From assembly GCA_963675495.1 (NCBI GenBank), contig OY776215.1, positions 448,001-512,000 on the forward strand: a stretch of DNA of 64,000 bases, in the 5' to 3' direction. Below, in pieces: positions 1-9,018 of the stretch (position 1 is the first letter of the stretch; each line of letters starts with the position of its first letter). This stretch comes from an uncultured Methanolobus sp. (GTDB taxonomy: Archaea; Halobacteriota; Methanosarcinia; Methanosarcinales; Methanosarcinaceae). The position numbers and the translations under genes were made by a program. The notes under the pieces are model-generated. The model worked only from the letters and a program-made list of their open reading frames with translations. It was not told the origin of the DNA and ran no database searches.

Positions 1-2
1 AT

Positions 3-797
3 AACAATCTCTCTGTTCCCCTGGGTTCAGGAATGTCTATGTGGTTGTTCAGTTCTTTCGGATATTCAGTACCGCCTCAACAGATGTTCGTTGCACTTGT
101 CTTTTCATTGGTCTTGGGTTATCTGGCCTATAGGACAAAAATAGCTGATCTTTCAGCACTTTTCAGTGCAGCCCTACTTGGAGTGCTGATCATAGTTTTC
201 AGTGAACTCTTCTGGTTCATACTCCTGCTCACATTCTTTATTCTGGGAGGAGCTTTCACCAAATTCAAGTATAAGTACAAAGAATCGATCGGTCTTGCAC
301 AATCAAAAGGTGGAATGAGAAGTTATGAGAATGTTTTCAGTAACAGCACAGCAGCCCTTGTACTTGCCATATGCTACGGGATATACCCACAATATGCAGA
401 CCTGATAATCTTTGCTTATCTTGGCACCGTGGCAACAGCAACCGGTGACACCCTTGCAAGCGAAATAGGAACAACTGCCCAATCACAACCAATAATGATA
501 ACCACTCTAAAACCCACACATGCGGGAGTTGATGGTGCGGTAACAATACTTGGCGAAGTAGCAGCACTTCTGGGATCGATGGTTATAGGCTTGCTTCCAG
601 TCCTCTTTGGAAAAGTGGATGATGCATTCCTTGCCATAACTGTTACAACTGCAGGTGGATTTTTGGGAACGAATGTGGATAGTCTTCTTGGTGCTACTCT
701 CCAGAAACAAGGAATACTCTCAAACAGTGGTGTCAATTTTGTAGCTACCTTTGCAGGTGCCATTATTTCTGGAGGCATTTATTTACTGCTTGCATAA
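3..797 (+). CDS. TIGR00297/DUF92 family membrane protein (5' end outside the window)
   Basis: Frame is open from the window start (NNLSVPLGSG). DUF92-like motifs ATGDTLASEIG and DSLLGATLQ; multiple hydrophobic helices. Confidence 0.8.
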   Translation, partial: NNLSVPLGSGMSMWLFSSFGYSVPPQQMFVALVFSLVLGYLAYRTKIADLSALFSAALLGVLIIVFSELFWFILLLTFFILGGAFTKFKYKYKESIGLAQSKGGMRSYENVFSNSTAALVLAICYGIYPQYADLIIFAYLGTVATATGDTLASEIGTTAQSQPIMITTLKPTHAGVDGAVTILGEVAALLGSMVIGLLPVLFGKVDDAFLAITVTTAGGFLGTNVDSLLGATLQKQGILSNSGVNFVATFAGAIISGGIYLLLA

Positions 798-914
798 CAA
801 AGTATATATTTAGAAATAGTTCAAAATATTTAAATATAATATAGTTTAATATAAAAGTCAGATATTGACTTTATATATATCATTTTATATTTGTAACCCG
901 GAACAAGCAGAATA

Positions 915-2693
915 TTGAGAATAACTATGCATTGCTATAAAAAATCTGCTGAGCTAAGCAAAAAAGCAGATTATCTTTACGAAGATTCTTCTTTTTATTG
1001 TAAACAGAAATATATCAAATTATTTGAGGAGCTACCGATAGGAGTCCTGTTAACAAATAAAAGACAGGAGATTGAGTATTGTAATCCTGTATTCTCAACC
1101 ATCCTTGGATTTAAAATTGCGGATATATACAACTACGATATAAAAAGTATTTTTAACTGTTCATCACAAGACAAGAATGATGCATATCAGACTACAGACC
1201 CTTCAGATGATTTTTCAGCACAGGTTTTTACGTGTAATTGGAATACAAAATTGGGTATTCAAAAGAAAATAAGATGTAAAAAAATTGATATTGACATCAC
1301 AGAGGACTCTTTCAGTGGAATTGCCTGGTATATTGAAGATCTTAGTTTTTCTTTAGGTACAAAAGAAACCTTTTGCCAGACAACAAGCGATAAAGAATCA
1401 AAAATTATTATTCAGAAAAAACTGGAAATCGAAAGTGCCATATCCTACATTTCCTCAACCCTTATTGCACCAGATGACCTGGATAGTGCTCTTGTGAATT
1501 CCCTGGAAATTACTGGAGAAATCTGTGGTGCAAGTCGTGCATATTTTTTCCATTTTCATGACGGCAATAAAAGTATGAGTAACACTCATGAATGGTGTTC
1601 TGCCGGTGTAAAATCTCAAAAAGATACTCTTCAGGATCTTCCTGTAACAATGTTTCCCTGGTGGATGGACAAAATCAGCCGTGGAGAAATAATACATGTA
1701 AAAAACGTGTCATCAATGCCTCCGGAAGCTGCAACAGAAAAAGAGATCCTTGAAATGCAGGATATTACTTCCCTTCTTGTTCTTCCGGTATATATATCAG
1801 GAATAATTGCAGGCTTTATAGGACTTGATAATGTTGCGGTGGCAAGTAAATGGACTATGAAAGATGTTATGATCCTTGGAACAGTTGCCAACATAATAGG
1901 AAGTGCTATCGGGCAAAGAGAAATTCAGGATGAACTTAATGAGCATAACAGAAAACTTGAGCAAGCATACAATGAACTCAAAAACATAGAGATTATGAAA
2001 GACGAGTTTATATCAAATCTCAGCCACGAACTAAGAACACCACTTAGTACTATTCAAGGCTATAGCGAACTTTTGGTGCAAAATGAGATCGGACCGCTCA
2101 ATCCTAAGCAAAAAAAAGTTGCAAATGCCGTATTTAATAGTTCTAAAAAACTAAGCTTACTTATAAATTCTTTATTGTACATGGGAAGTGTGCTTGCAGG
2201 CAAGGTAGATTACCAGTTCGATCCTGTTCAGATTGAGAATGTGATTGATAATACTGTGCTTCATTTTGCTTATGAAGCACAAAAAAAGAAAATACATATG
2301 AAAAAAGAAATTAATGGAAAAATGCCTGTTATTTGCGGAGATGTTAACTTTCTTCTGCAATTATTTTATAAACTATTAGATAATGCCATCAAGTTCACAC
2401 CTGAAGGAGGAAACATAACAATAGCCAGCAACGAGGAAAACAGTGGCTTGCATTTAGAAGTAAGAGATACAGGAATAGGCATACCACAAGGAAAAATTGA
2501 TGATATTTTTACAAGTTTCTATCAGGTCGATGGATCTTCAACCCGCAGATACGGAGGTACAGGACTTGGCCTTTATGCATCAAAAAAAATAGTCGATGCT
2601 CATTATGGTAAAATATGGATCGACAAGAATGGCGATAAAGGCACAATCGTTCATGTATTCCTGCCGGCAAACAGACAAATGAATGTTTTTTAA
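915..2693 (+). CDS. PAS/GAF sensor histidine kinase
   Basis: H-box SHELRTPL, N-box LLDNAIKF, G boxes DTGIGI and GTGLGL; GAF region NTHEWC. Confidence 0.9.
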   Translation: MRITMHCYKKSAELSKKADYLYEDSSFYCKQKYIKLFEELPIGVLLTNKRQEIEYCNPVFSTILGFKIADIYNYDIKSIFNCSSQDKNDAYQTTDPSDDFSAQVFTCNWNTKLGIQKKIRCKKIDIDITEDSFSGIAWYIEDLSFSLGTKETFCQTTSDKESKIIIQKKLEIESAISYISSTLIAPDDLDSALVNSLEITGEICGASRAYFFHFHDGNKSMSNTHEWCSAGVKSQKDTLQDLPVTMFPWWMDKISRGEIIHVKNVSSMPPEAATEKEILEMQDITSLLVLPVYISGIIAGFIGLDNVAVASKWTMKDVMILGTVANIIGSAIGQREIQDELNEHNRKLEQAYNELKNIEIMKDEFISNLSHELRTPLSTIQGYSELLVQNEIGPLNPKQKKVANAVFNSSKKLSLLINSLLYMGSVLAGKVDYQFDPVQIENVIDNTVLHFAYEAQKKKIHMKKEINGKMPVICGDVNFLLQLFYKLLDNAIKFTPEGGNITIASNEENSGLHLEVRDTGIGIPQGKIDDIFTSFYQVDGSSTRRYGGTGLGLYASKKIVDAHYGKIWIDKNGDKGTIVHVFLPANRQMNVF

Positions 2694-3922
2694 AGCAAAT
2701 CCATCCTTGCGACACCGTTATTAATAGCTGCTTCTGAAACAGCTGATGCTACAGTTTCTACAACTCTTTTATCAAGCGGACCGGGGATTATGTAATTATC
2801 GCTGAGCATATCATCTGTAACGATGCCCGCAAGTGCATACACTGCCGCCAGTTCCATTTCCGGAGTTATATCACTGGCACGCGTGTCCAGAGCCCCACGA
2901 AATATACCTGGAAAACCAAGACAATTATTTATCTGGTTCGGGCAGTCTGAACGACCTGTTGCAACCACCCTTGCACCTGCTTCTTTTGCAATATTTGGCA
3001 TGATCTCAGGAACAGGATTGGCCATTGCAAACACAATTGCATCAGATGCCATGGATGAAACCATTTCACTACTTACTATCCCGGGTGCTGAAACACCGAT
3101 AAAAACGTCAGCATCAACCAGTGCGTTTGCAAGTGTTCCTTTAATGTCTTGTTTGTTTGTAGCAATGGCAATTTCCTCTTTTTCAGGATTCATACCTTCT
3201 ATGCGTCCTTTGTGAATAGTTCCCCGACTATCACATACAATAAGCCTTTCAGGATTGACACCGGCATACAGCAACTTTAAAGCTATCGCTTTTCCCGCTG
3301 CTCCTGCCCCCGATATGACCACTTTGATGTTTGGTATTTCTTTGCCAACGACCCTCAAGGCATTGATCAGACCTGCGATAACCACAACTGCTGTACCATG
3401 CTGATCATCATGGAACACGGGTATAGAAAGTTCCTTACGCAATCTTTCCTCTATCTCAAAACACCGGGGAGCACTTATATCCTCCAGATTTATACCACCA
3501 AAAGCAGGAGCTATATATTTAACTGTCCGGATTATCTCCTCAGTATCGGTTGTGTCCAGACAGACAGGAAACGCATCAATACCTGCAAGTTCTTTGAATA
3601 TCAGGGCTTTACCCTCCATTACAGGCAAAGCAGCATGCGGACCAATGTTTCTAAGACCAAGGACAGCAGAACCATCTGTAATTATTGCTACCGAGTTCTT
3701 TTTCGTGGTGTATCTATAAACATCGTCGATGTTTTCTGCTATTTTTTGGCATGGTTCAGCAACTCCGGGAGTATAGGCAAGACTCAGGTCTTCTATAGTA
3801 TTGAGAGGAACCTTGCCACTTATGCCAATAACTCCACCTGCATTTTCATGCAGTTCCAAAGACCGCTCCCCCAGAGTATCATCACTTTCCATACACATGG
3901 AAGACTTAAAATTTCCATCCAT
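2690..3922 (-). CDS. NAD(P)-dependent malic enzyme
   Basis: LAYTPGVA, VMEGKA, INLEDI, HDDQHGTA, GAGAAG and GRSD.PNQINN motifs. Confidence 0.95.
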   Translation of the reverse strand: MDGNFKSSMCMESDDTLGERSLELHENAGGVIGISGKVPLNTIEDLSLAYTPGVAEPCQKIAENIDDVYRYTTKKNSVAIITDGSAVLGLRNIGPHAALPVMEGKALIFKELAGIDAFPVCLDTTDTEEIIRTVKYIAPAFGGINLEDISAPRCFEIEERLRKELSIPVFHDDQHGTAVVVIAGLINALRVVGKEIPNIKVVISGAGAAGKAIALKLLYAGVNPERLIVCDSRGTIHKGRIEGMNPEKEEIAIATNKQDIKGTLANALVDADVFIGVSAPGIVSSEMVSSMASDAIVFAMANPVPEIMPNIAKEAGARVVATGRSDCPNQINNCLGFPGIFRGALDTRASDITPEMELAAVYALAGIVTDDMLSDNYIIPGPLDKRVVETVASAVSEAAINNGVARMDLL

Positions 3923-4021
3923 TTTTATCCACTTCCCAAACAGTACATAAATTTCCTTTAATATTCTGAATTATAGATGTCTTCAAAAAAGTTATATGTT
4001 CCCATATCCTAAGAATATAGA

Positions 4022-4423
4022 ATGAGTACAGAAATAAAGGGCATTGCAAAAGAAACACTAAATTTCGTACTTGAGGTCAGTAAATCCACATTCCCGAATG
4101 AATTTGCAGGTCTCTTGCAGGCAAAGGATGGTATCATTACCGATATTCTGTTTCTCCCGGGCACGGAATCCAGCGAGATCAACGCAGTCCTCAAACTTTT
4201 TATGATGCCAAACATCTCAGCTGTAGGATCTGTACACAGCCACCCAAGCTCTGTAATCAGGCCTTCAAAGGCAGACCTGAGACTGTTCAGCAAAACTGGC
4301 AATCATCACATTATAGTTGGTCATCCATTTGGCCCTGAAAACTGGAAATGTTTTAACGGGAGCGGTGAAGAGATAATACTGAATGTCTTGGATGTTGAGA
4401 TAGAAGATGATGAAATTCTTTGA
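4022..4423 (+). CDS. JAMM/MPN+ (Mov34) metalloprotease-family protein
   Basis: PNEF...VHSHPSSVIRPSKAD matches E-xn-HxH-x7-S-x2-D. Confidence 0.85.
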   Translation: MSTEIKGIAKETLNFVLEVSKSTFPNEFAGLLQAKDGIITDILFLPGTESSEINAVLKLFMMPNISAVGSVHSHPSSVIRPSKADLRLFSKTGNHHIIVGHPFGPENWKCFNGSGEEIILNVLDVEIEDDEIL

Positions 4424-4495
4424 TATTTTCGTAAATACCCAGAATAACAGAATGTTTTAAATCTCCAGACCAACTACTCTTATATACCAAAATAT

Positions 4496-4951
4496 ATGGA
4501 GTGGAAGAAATTGTCAGATGAGATCAAACAGAAAATAGTTGAATGCTTAATTAGTCACAATTGGCTAAACCTGGGAACAGTGGACAAAAACGGAAAACCA
4601 ATGGTACATACCATGGGATACGTGTCAGATGGTGCAGTGGTTTATTTTGGTACCGGAAAGGACACACGTAAAGCTGCCAATATTCTCAACAACAGCAATG
4701 TAGCCTACACAGTAGACGATGATGAAGTACAGCTCATGGAAATAACAGGTGTCCAGATGGAAGGAAAGGCATCTATGGTTACTGATGAGGCAGAAGCAGG
4801 TAAAGCGTTCCAGTTAATGCTTGAAAAGTTCCCCTTTATGGCCGACATGCCTACGGATAATGATAATATACTGATTAAAGTGGAACCGGTAACAGCTTAC
4901 TATCTGGATTATACCAAAGGGTTTGGCTACAGGGATATGGTCAGCTATTGA
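4496..4951 (+). CDS. Pyridoxamine 5'-phosphate oxidase-like flavin-binding protein
   Basis: LGTVDKNGKP and TRKAANILNNSNVA split-barrel signatures. Confidence 0.8.
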   Translation: MEWKKLSDEIKQKIVECLISHNWLNLGTVDKNGKPMVHTMGYVSDGAVVYFGTGKDTRKAANILNNSNVAYTVDDDEVQLMEITGVQMEGKASMVTDEAEAGKAFQLMLEKFPFMADMPTDNDNILIKVEPVTAYYLDYTKGFGYRDMVSY

Positions 4952-5078
4952 AAGTTCTATTATTGCATAAACATCAGATGAATATGCAGTATCCACATAA
5001 ATTTTTTATAACAGGGAAGTATTTCCTAATTAATAATCCCGATACCTTATTAAAGTATAATAAATAGGCAGCACATCG

Positions 5079-5123
5079 GAAAAGACTGCAAATGGAATAT
5101 GGATATCCATTTGCAGTCTTTTC
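5079..5123. terminator. Perfect 18-bp inverted repeat, probably a terminator between convergent genes
   Basis: GAAAAGACTGCAAATGGA (5079-5096) and TCCATTTGCAGTCTTTTC (5106-5123), 9-nt loop. Confidence 0.6.
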
Positions 5124-5178
5124 TACATTAAACCCCGATATATACCCATTCTATATTTGTGTGGTACAAATTAAAATC

Positions 5179-5292
5179 TCAGACTACACCATGGTAGCTG
5201 AGGAATGAGTAGTATGTCAGCAAAGCGATCATAAGTGAAACAAGCAGTGTTCCAAAACTGTACGAATTATAGCTAACGTTGTATTCTGTCAT
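5179..5292 (-). CDS. Putative 37-aa single-pass membrane microprotein (not in ORF track)
   Basis: Translates as MTEYNVSYNSYSFGTLLVSLMIALLTYYSFLSYHGVV*. BRE/TATA-like GGAAACTTTATATA lies ~30 nt upstream on the minus strand. Confidence 0.5.
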   Translation of the reverse strand: MTEYNVSYNSYSFGTLLVSLMIALLTYYSFLSYHGVV

Positions 5293-5447
5293 GTTTTATC
5301 ATGATAAACATATACTTCACCATATATAAAGTTTCCCTGTATTTGTCATGATTAATCATTTTCTTTGTGGGCTTACGAACAATCCACATAATTAGAGCTA
5401 ACAATAGATAAATACAAGAAAAACAGAGAAGATTAGATTTTGTTAAC

Positions 5448-5885
5448 ATGAGGGAAAATATGGAAACTCAAGAAAACATGGATGATATCAAGAGATATTT
5501 TTCGCAGGAATGCTTTGCATCCAATTCAGGTATGAATCTGACCTTCGTCTCAAAGGGATATGCAAAAGCAGAAATGAAAATCGAAAAAAAACACCTTAAT
5601 ATCCTTGGCAGTGTCCACGGAGGGGCTATTTTCACATTAGCAGATATGGTGTTTGCAGCAGCATCTAATTCCCACGGAAATGCAGCAGTTGCCATCAATG
5701 TAGATATAGCCTACGTAAAAGCTACAACAAAAGGTACCCTATATGCTGAAGCTAAGGAAACATCCATAAACCCGAAGATATCAACGTATGTAGTAAATGT
5801 AACTGATGAAGAAGGAGACACCGTTGCCATATTCAACGGAATGGCTTACAGGAAGAAGAATAAGCTGGAGATTCCTGAAAAGTAG
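5448..5885 (+). CDS. paaI: PaaI-family hotdog-fold thioesterase
   Basis: HLNILGSVHGGAIFTLAD motif; adjacent to paaK. Confidence 0.85.
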   Translation: MRENMETQENMDDIKRYFSQECFASNSGMNLTFVSKGYAKAEMKIEKKHLNILGSVHGGAIFTLADMVFAAASNSHGNAAVAINVDIAYVKATTKGTLYAEAKETSINPKISTYVVNVTDEEGDTVAIFNGMAYRKKNKLEIPEK

Positions 5886-6049
5886 AAACTATCCTACAAT
5901 AAATTCCTATAAGAACAATAAAAAATAATTAAAAAAGCTGGAAGATCAAACCAGCTCTTTTGGTTACCTGTTCTCAGCAATGAATATAATTTTGTTGAAT
6001 TTACAGGTATAGAGGAATCAATTTCCTTTGAACACGATGACTAGAGTGT

Positions 6050-7351
6050 TCAAAGAGCATTCCTTCTGTCTATAACCTTTTGAGATTTACCCGCAGTACG
6101 TGGAATAGAACCCCTTTCAGCCAGTTCTACATTGGTTCTGATATTAAGCACGCTCTTCAATTCATTTTCAACATGCCTGCGTACAGCAGCAAGATCTTTC
6201 AATTCACCTGTGAAAGCATTTTCCTCAAGTTCCACCTTTACGGTGATCTCATCAAGCATCTTTATATTCCTGTCAAGGATGACCTGGAAATGTTCTGTTA
6301 TCTCAGGAATATTGACAATAACATCTTCTATCTGAGAAGGGAATACGTTTATGCCTCTTACGATAAGCATGTCATCAGCCCTGCCAAGAAGCCTTGATAT
6401 ACGAGGAGTCGTACGGCCACATGAACATTCGCTTTCGAGCAGTCTAGTAATGTCACCGGTCCTATACCTTATAATTGGTAGAGCTTCCTTTGTGAGGGAT
6501 GTGAGTACAAGTTCTCCTTTTTCTCCTTCTGCTACCTGCTCACCGTTCTCATCAAGCACTTCAACAAAGAAATGGTCGCCCCATACGTGAAGACCGTCCT
6601 GCTCCTCACATTCAAAAGCAACTCCCGGACCCATGAGTTCTGAAAGTCCATAGGAATCATATGCTTTGATGTTCAAAGCATTTTCAAGTTGCTTTCTGGT
6701 GTTGGATGACCACGGTTCAGCACCAAAACATCCAACCTTAAGGGAAAGCTTGTCCACGATGTCCATTTCCTTCGCGGTTTCTGCAAGGTAAAGAGCATAA
6801 GAAGGAGTACAATGTACTGCTGTAACACCGAAATCCATCATCATCTCAAGCTGCCTGCATGTGTTGCCTGTGCCGCTGGGAACAGTCATGGCACCCATTC
6901 TTTCCACACCATAGTGAAAACCAAGACCGCCTGTGAAAAGTCCGTAGTTCACTGCATTCTGAAAAACATCGGTACTGTCAAGACCTACCATAGTGAGGTT
7001 CCTTGCCATGAGGTCTGACCATGTTTCAATGTCATTTCTGGTATAGCCGACAACTGTTGGTTTTCCACTGGTACCTGAAGATGCGTGAATCCTCACAACA
7101 TCTTTTTTTGGAACTGCAAAGAGCCCAAAGGGATAATTATCTCGAAGATCTGTTTTTTTCGTCATTGGCAACTTGCTAATATCATCCAGTGATCTGATAT
7201 CATCAGGGCTTATTCCAAGTTGCTTGAATTTCTCTTTGTAAAAAGGAACATTATTATAGACTGCTGCAGCCGTCTTTTTTAAGCGTTTCAGTTGTAGTTC
7301 GGCAAGTTCTTCCTTTTTCATTGTTTCGTATTTTGGCTGCCAGTAATTCAT
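6050..7351 (-). CDS. paaK: Phenylacetate--CoA ligase family protein
   Basis: HASSGTSGKP, YGLSE, RYRTGD and GRADDM motifs; likely start MNYWQ at 7351. Confidence 0.9.
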   Translation of the reverse strand: MNYWQPKYETMKKEELAELQLKRLKKTAAAVYNNVPFYKEKFKQLGISPDDIRSLDDISKLPMTKKTDLRDNYPFGLFAVPKKDVVRIHASSGTSGKPTVVGYTRNDIETWSDLMARNLTMVGLDSTDVFQNAVNYGLFTGGLGFHYGVERMGAMTVPSGTGNTCRQLEMMMDFGVTAVHCTPSYALYLAETAKEMDIVDKLSLKVGCFGAEPWSSNTRKQLENALNIKAYDSYGLSELMGPGVAFECEEQDGLHVWGDHFFVEVLDENGEQVAEGEKGELVLTSLTKEALPIIRYRTGDITRLLESECSCGRTTPRISRLLGRADDMLIVRGINVFPSQIEDVIVNIPEITEHFQVILDRNIKMLDEITVKVELEENAFTGELKDLAAVRRHVENELKSVLNIRTNVELAERGSIPRTAGKSQKVIDRRNAL

Positions 7352-7615
7352 GAGAATATCTCCGCAAACACCTCTCATATGAGTACATCTTTAAATGGTT
7401 TGCTATTGTGGCACATGGTAACAAGGGTTAATTATAAAACAATACCCAGGTAATTATATTTGTACACATATATTCAAATATGAGTACATAAATTAATAAT
7501 TTAGACTGAATTTAAATGAATGCATGTTCATAATATCGAAATATATGCACATAATTAGCAATTTTATGACATAACAGTTTAAACGATGTACATTCAGTTC
7601 TCCCATTAGATTGTA

Positions 7616-8905
7616 ATGGGACATATTCAAAAACGTCAGATATTTGCAGGAACAGTTTTTTTAATTCTGTTCCTGTGTACTATTCATACAGCAGCAGCCC
7701 ATAGCAATGATATTTCCACTGAGTTCATATCCAGTTACAAATTGATTCCGGAAGAAGGGATTGTAAAAGTTTCCAAAGAGATCACATTCTTTAACAATAA
7801 CGTTGATACGAAATATTGGAGAGGATACTACTCCAACTACAATTATTATCTGCCAGAAGGGGCAAAGAACGTAGAAGCTAGTGACGCTGAAGATACGGTC
7901 TTTTTTAAGATTTCTGCTGACGGTTATTATGTGTTCAATTTCAACCAGAAGGTCTGGTATGAGGAAAGTTACACGTTCAATATAGATTATGAGCTTGAGA
8001 TAAACAGGAATACGGCTGTTTTTTCCTTAAACGAATATGGAAACAACATTGAGGTCACACTTGAAGTGCCATCAGATTTTGATACGCAAATAGGCAGAGA
8101 TGATTACAAAATTGAAGAGAAAAAATATTCAAGCGTCTATATATTCGAAAAAGGGCAGAAATGGGACAGATCGTATTCTGTTAATTCCGTGAGAGCATCA
8201 CCGCGCCTGACATTGAAAGATACAGCTCATCTGATAGAGAGGGATGTCGGTGTAGAGATCAGATACTGGGAAGGTGAAGAGGAGTGGGCACAGGATATAA
8301 TGGAGACAACAGTTGAGAGTTTAACATTATTAGAGGAAAAATGGGGTATCGCATATCCTGCAAAATATAACGTCACGATAACACAGGCAAACTTAACTGA
8401 AACAGGTGGATATGGCGGATACAATCAGGGAAGGAATGGAATATGGTTATTATATACATCCAACCATGGAATACTAATACATGAACTTGCACATTACTGG
8501 ACACGCGCCTGCAACTTTGACCAATTATGGATGGATGAAGGTTATGCAGATCTGTATTCCTATTTGGTCCTAAGTGAAATAGATCCAGAAGAAGCTGTTT
8601 CAAGACGTAATAGATTTCTTGACAAATATAATGATCTAAAAAATCAATATGATTACCCATTATCCGATTGGAATACGCCTGAAAGCATCGATGGTTCTAC
8701 GGAAGAATATGTGGATTTCGGATATAAAAAAGCATTTTTACTCACCCTTACATTATATGAAACAAACGACATTGACATATTGCAGGAAATGAACCAGCAA
8801 TTTGCAAATTGTGGAAATGATATTGATAATAAGGATTATATTAGAATCGCTGATTCTGTTTCAAATGAAGATACAAGTTTTATTGAAACGCTTATCTATG
8901 CCTAG
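7616..8905 (+). CDS. Secreted gluzincin (M1/MA-like) metallopeptidase
   Basis: N-terminal signal peptide; HELAH followed by WMDEGYA. Confidence 0.75.
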   Translation: MGHIQKRQIFAGTVFLILFLCTIHTAAAHSNDISTEFISSYKLIPEEGIVKVSKEITFFNNNVDTKYWRGYYSNYNYYLPEGAKNVEASDAEDTVFFKISADGYYVFNFNQKVWYEESYTFNIDYELEINRNTAVFSLNEYGNNIEVTLEVPSDFDTQIGRDDYKIEEKKYSSVYIFEKGQKWDRSYSVNSVRASPRLTLKDTAHLIERDVGVEIRYWEGEEEWAQDIMETTVESLTLLEEKWGIAYPAKYNVTITQANLTETGGYGGYNQGRNGIWLLYTSNHGILIHELAHYWTRACNFDQLWMDEGYADLYSYLVLSEIDPEEAVSRRNRFLDKYNDLKNQYDYPLSDWNTPESIDGSTEEYVDFGYKKAFLLTLTLYETNDIDILQEMNQQFANCGNDIDNKDYIRIADSVSNEDTSFIETLIYA

Positions 8906-9018
8906 AATATACCCAGTCTGTATCAATATGTTTTCAAATGATTAAAATAGAATACTTTTATAAAATATACTTCTAGCGAATATATTTATAACTTAACAAA
9001 GCATTAGAGTAATAAGTA

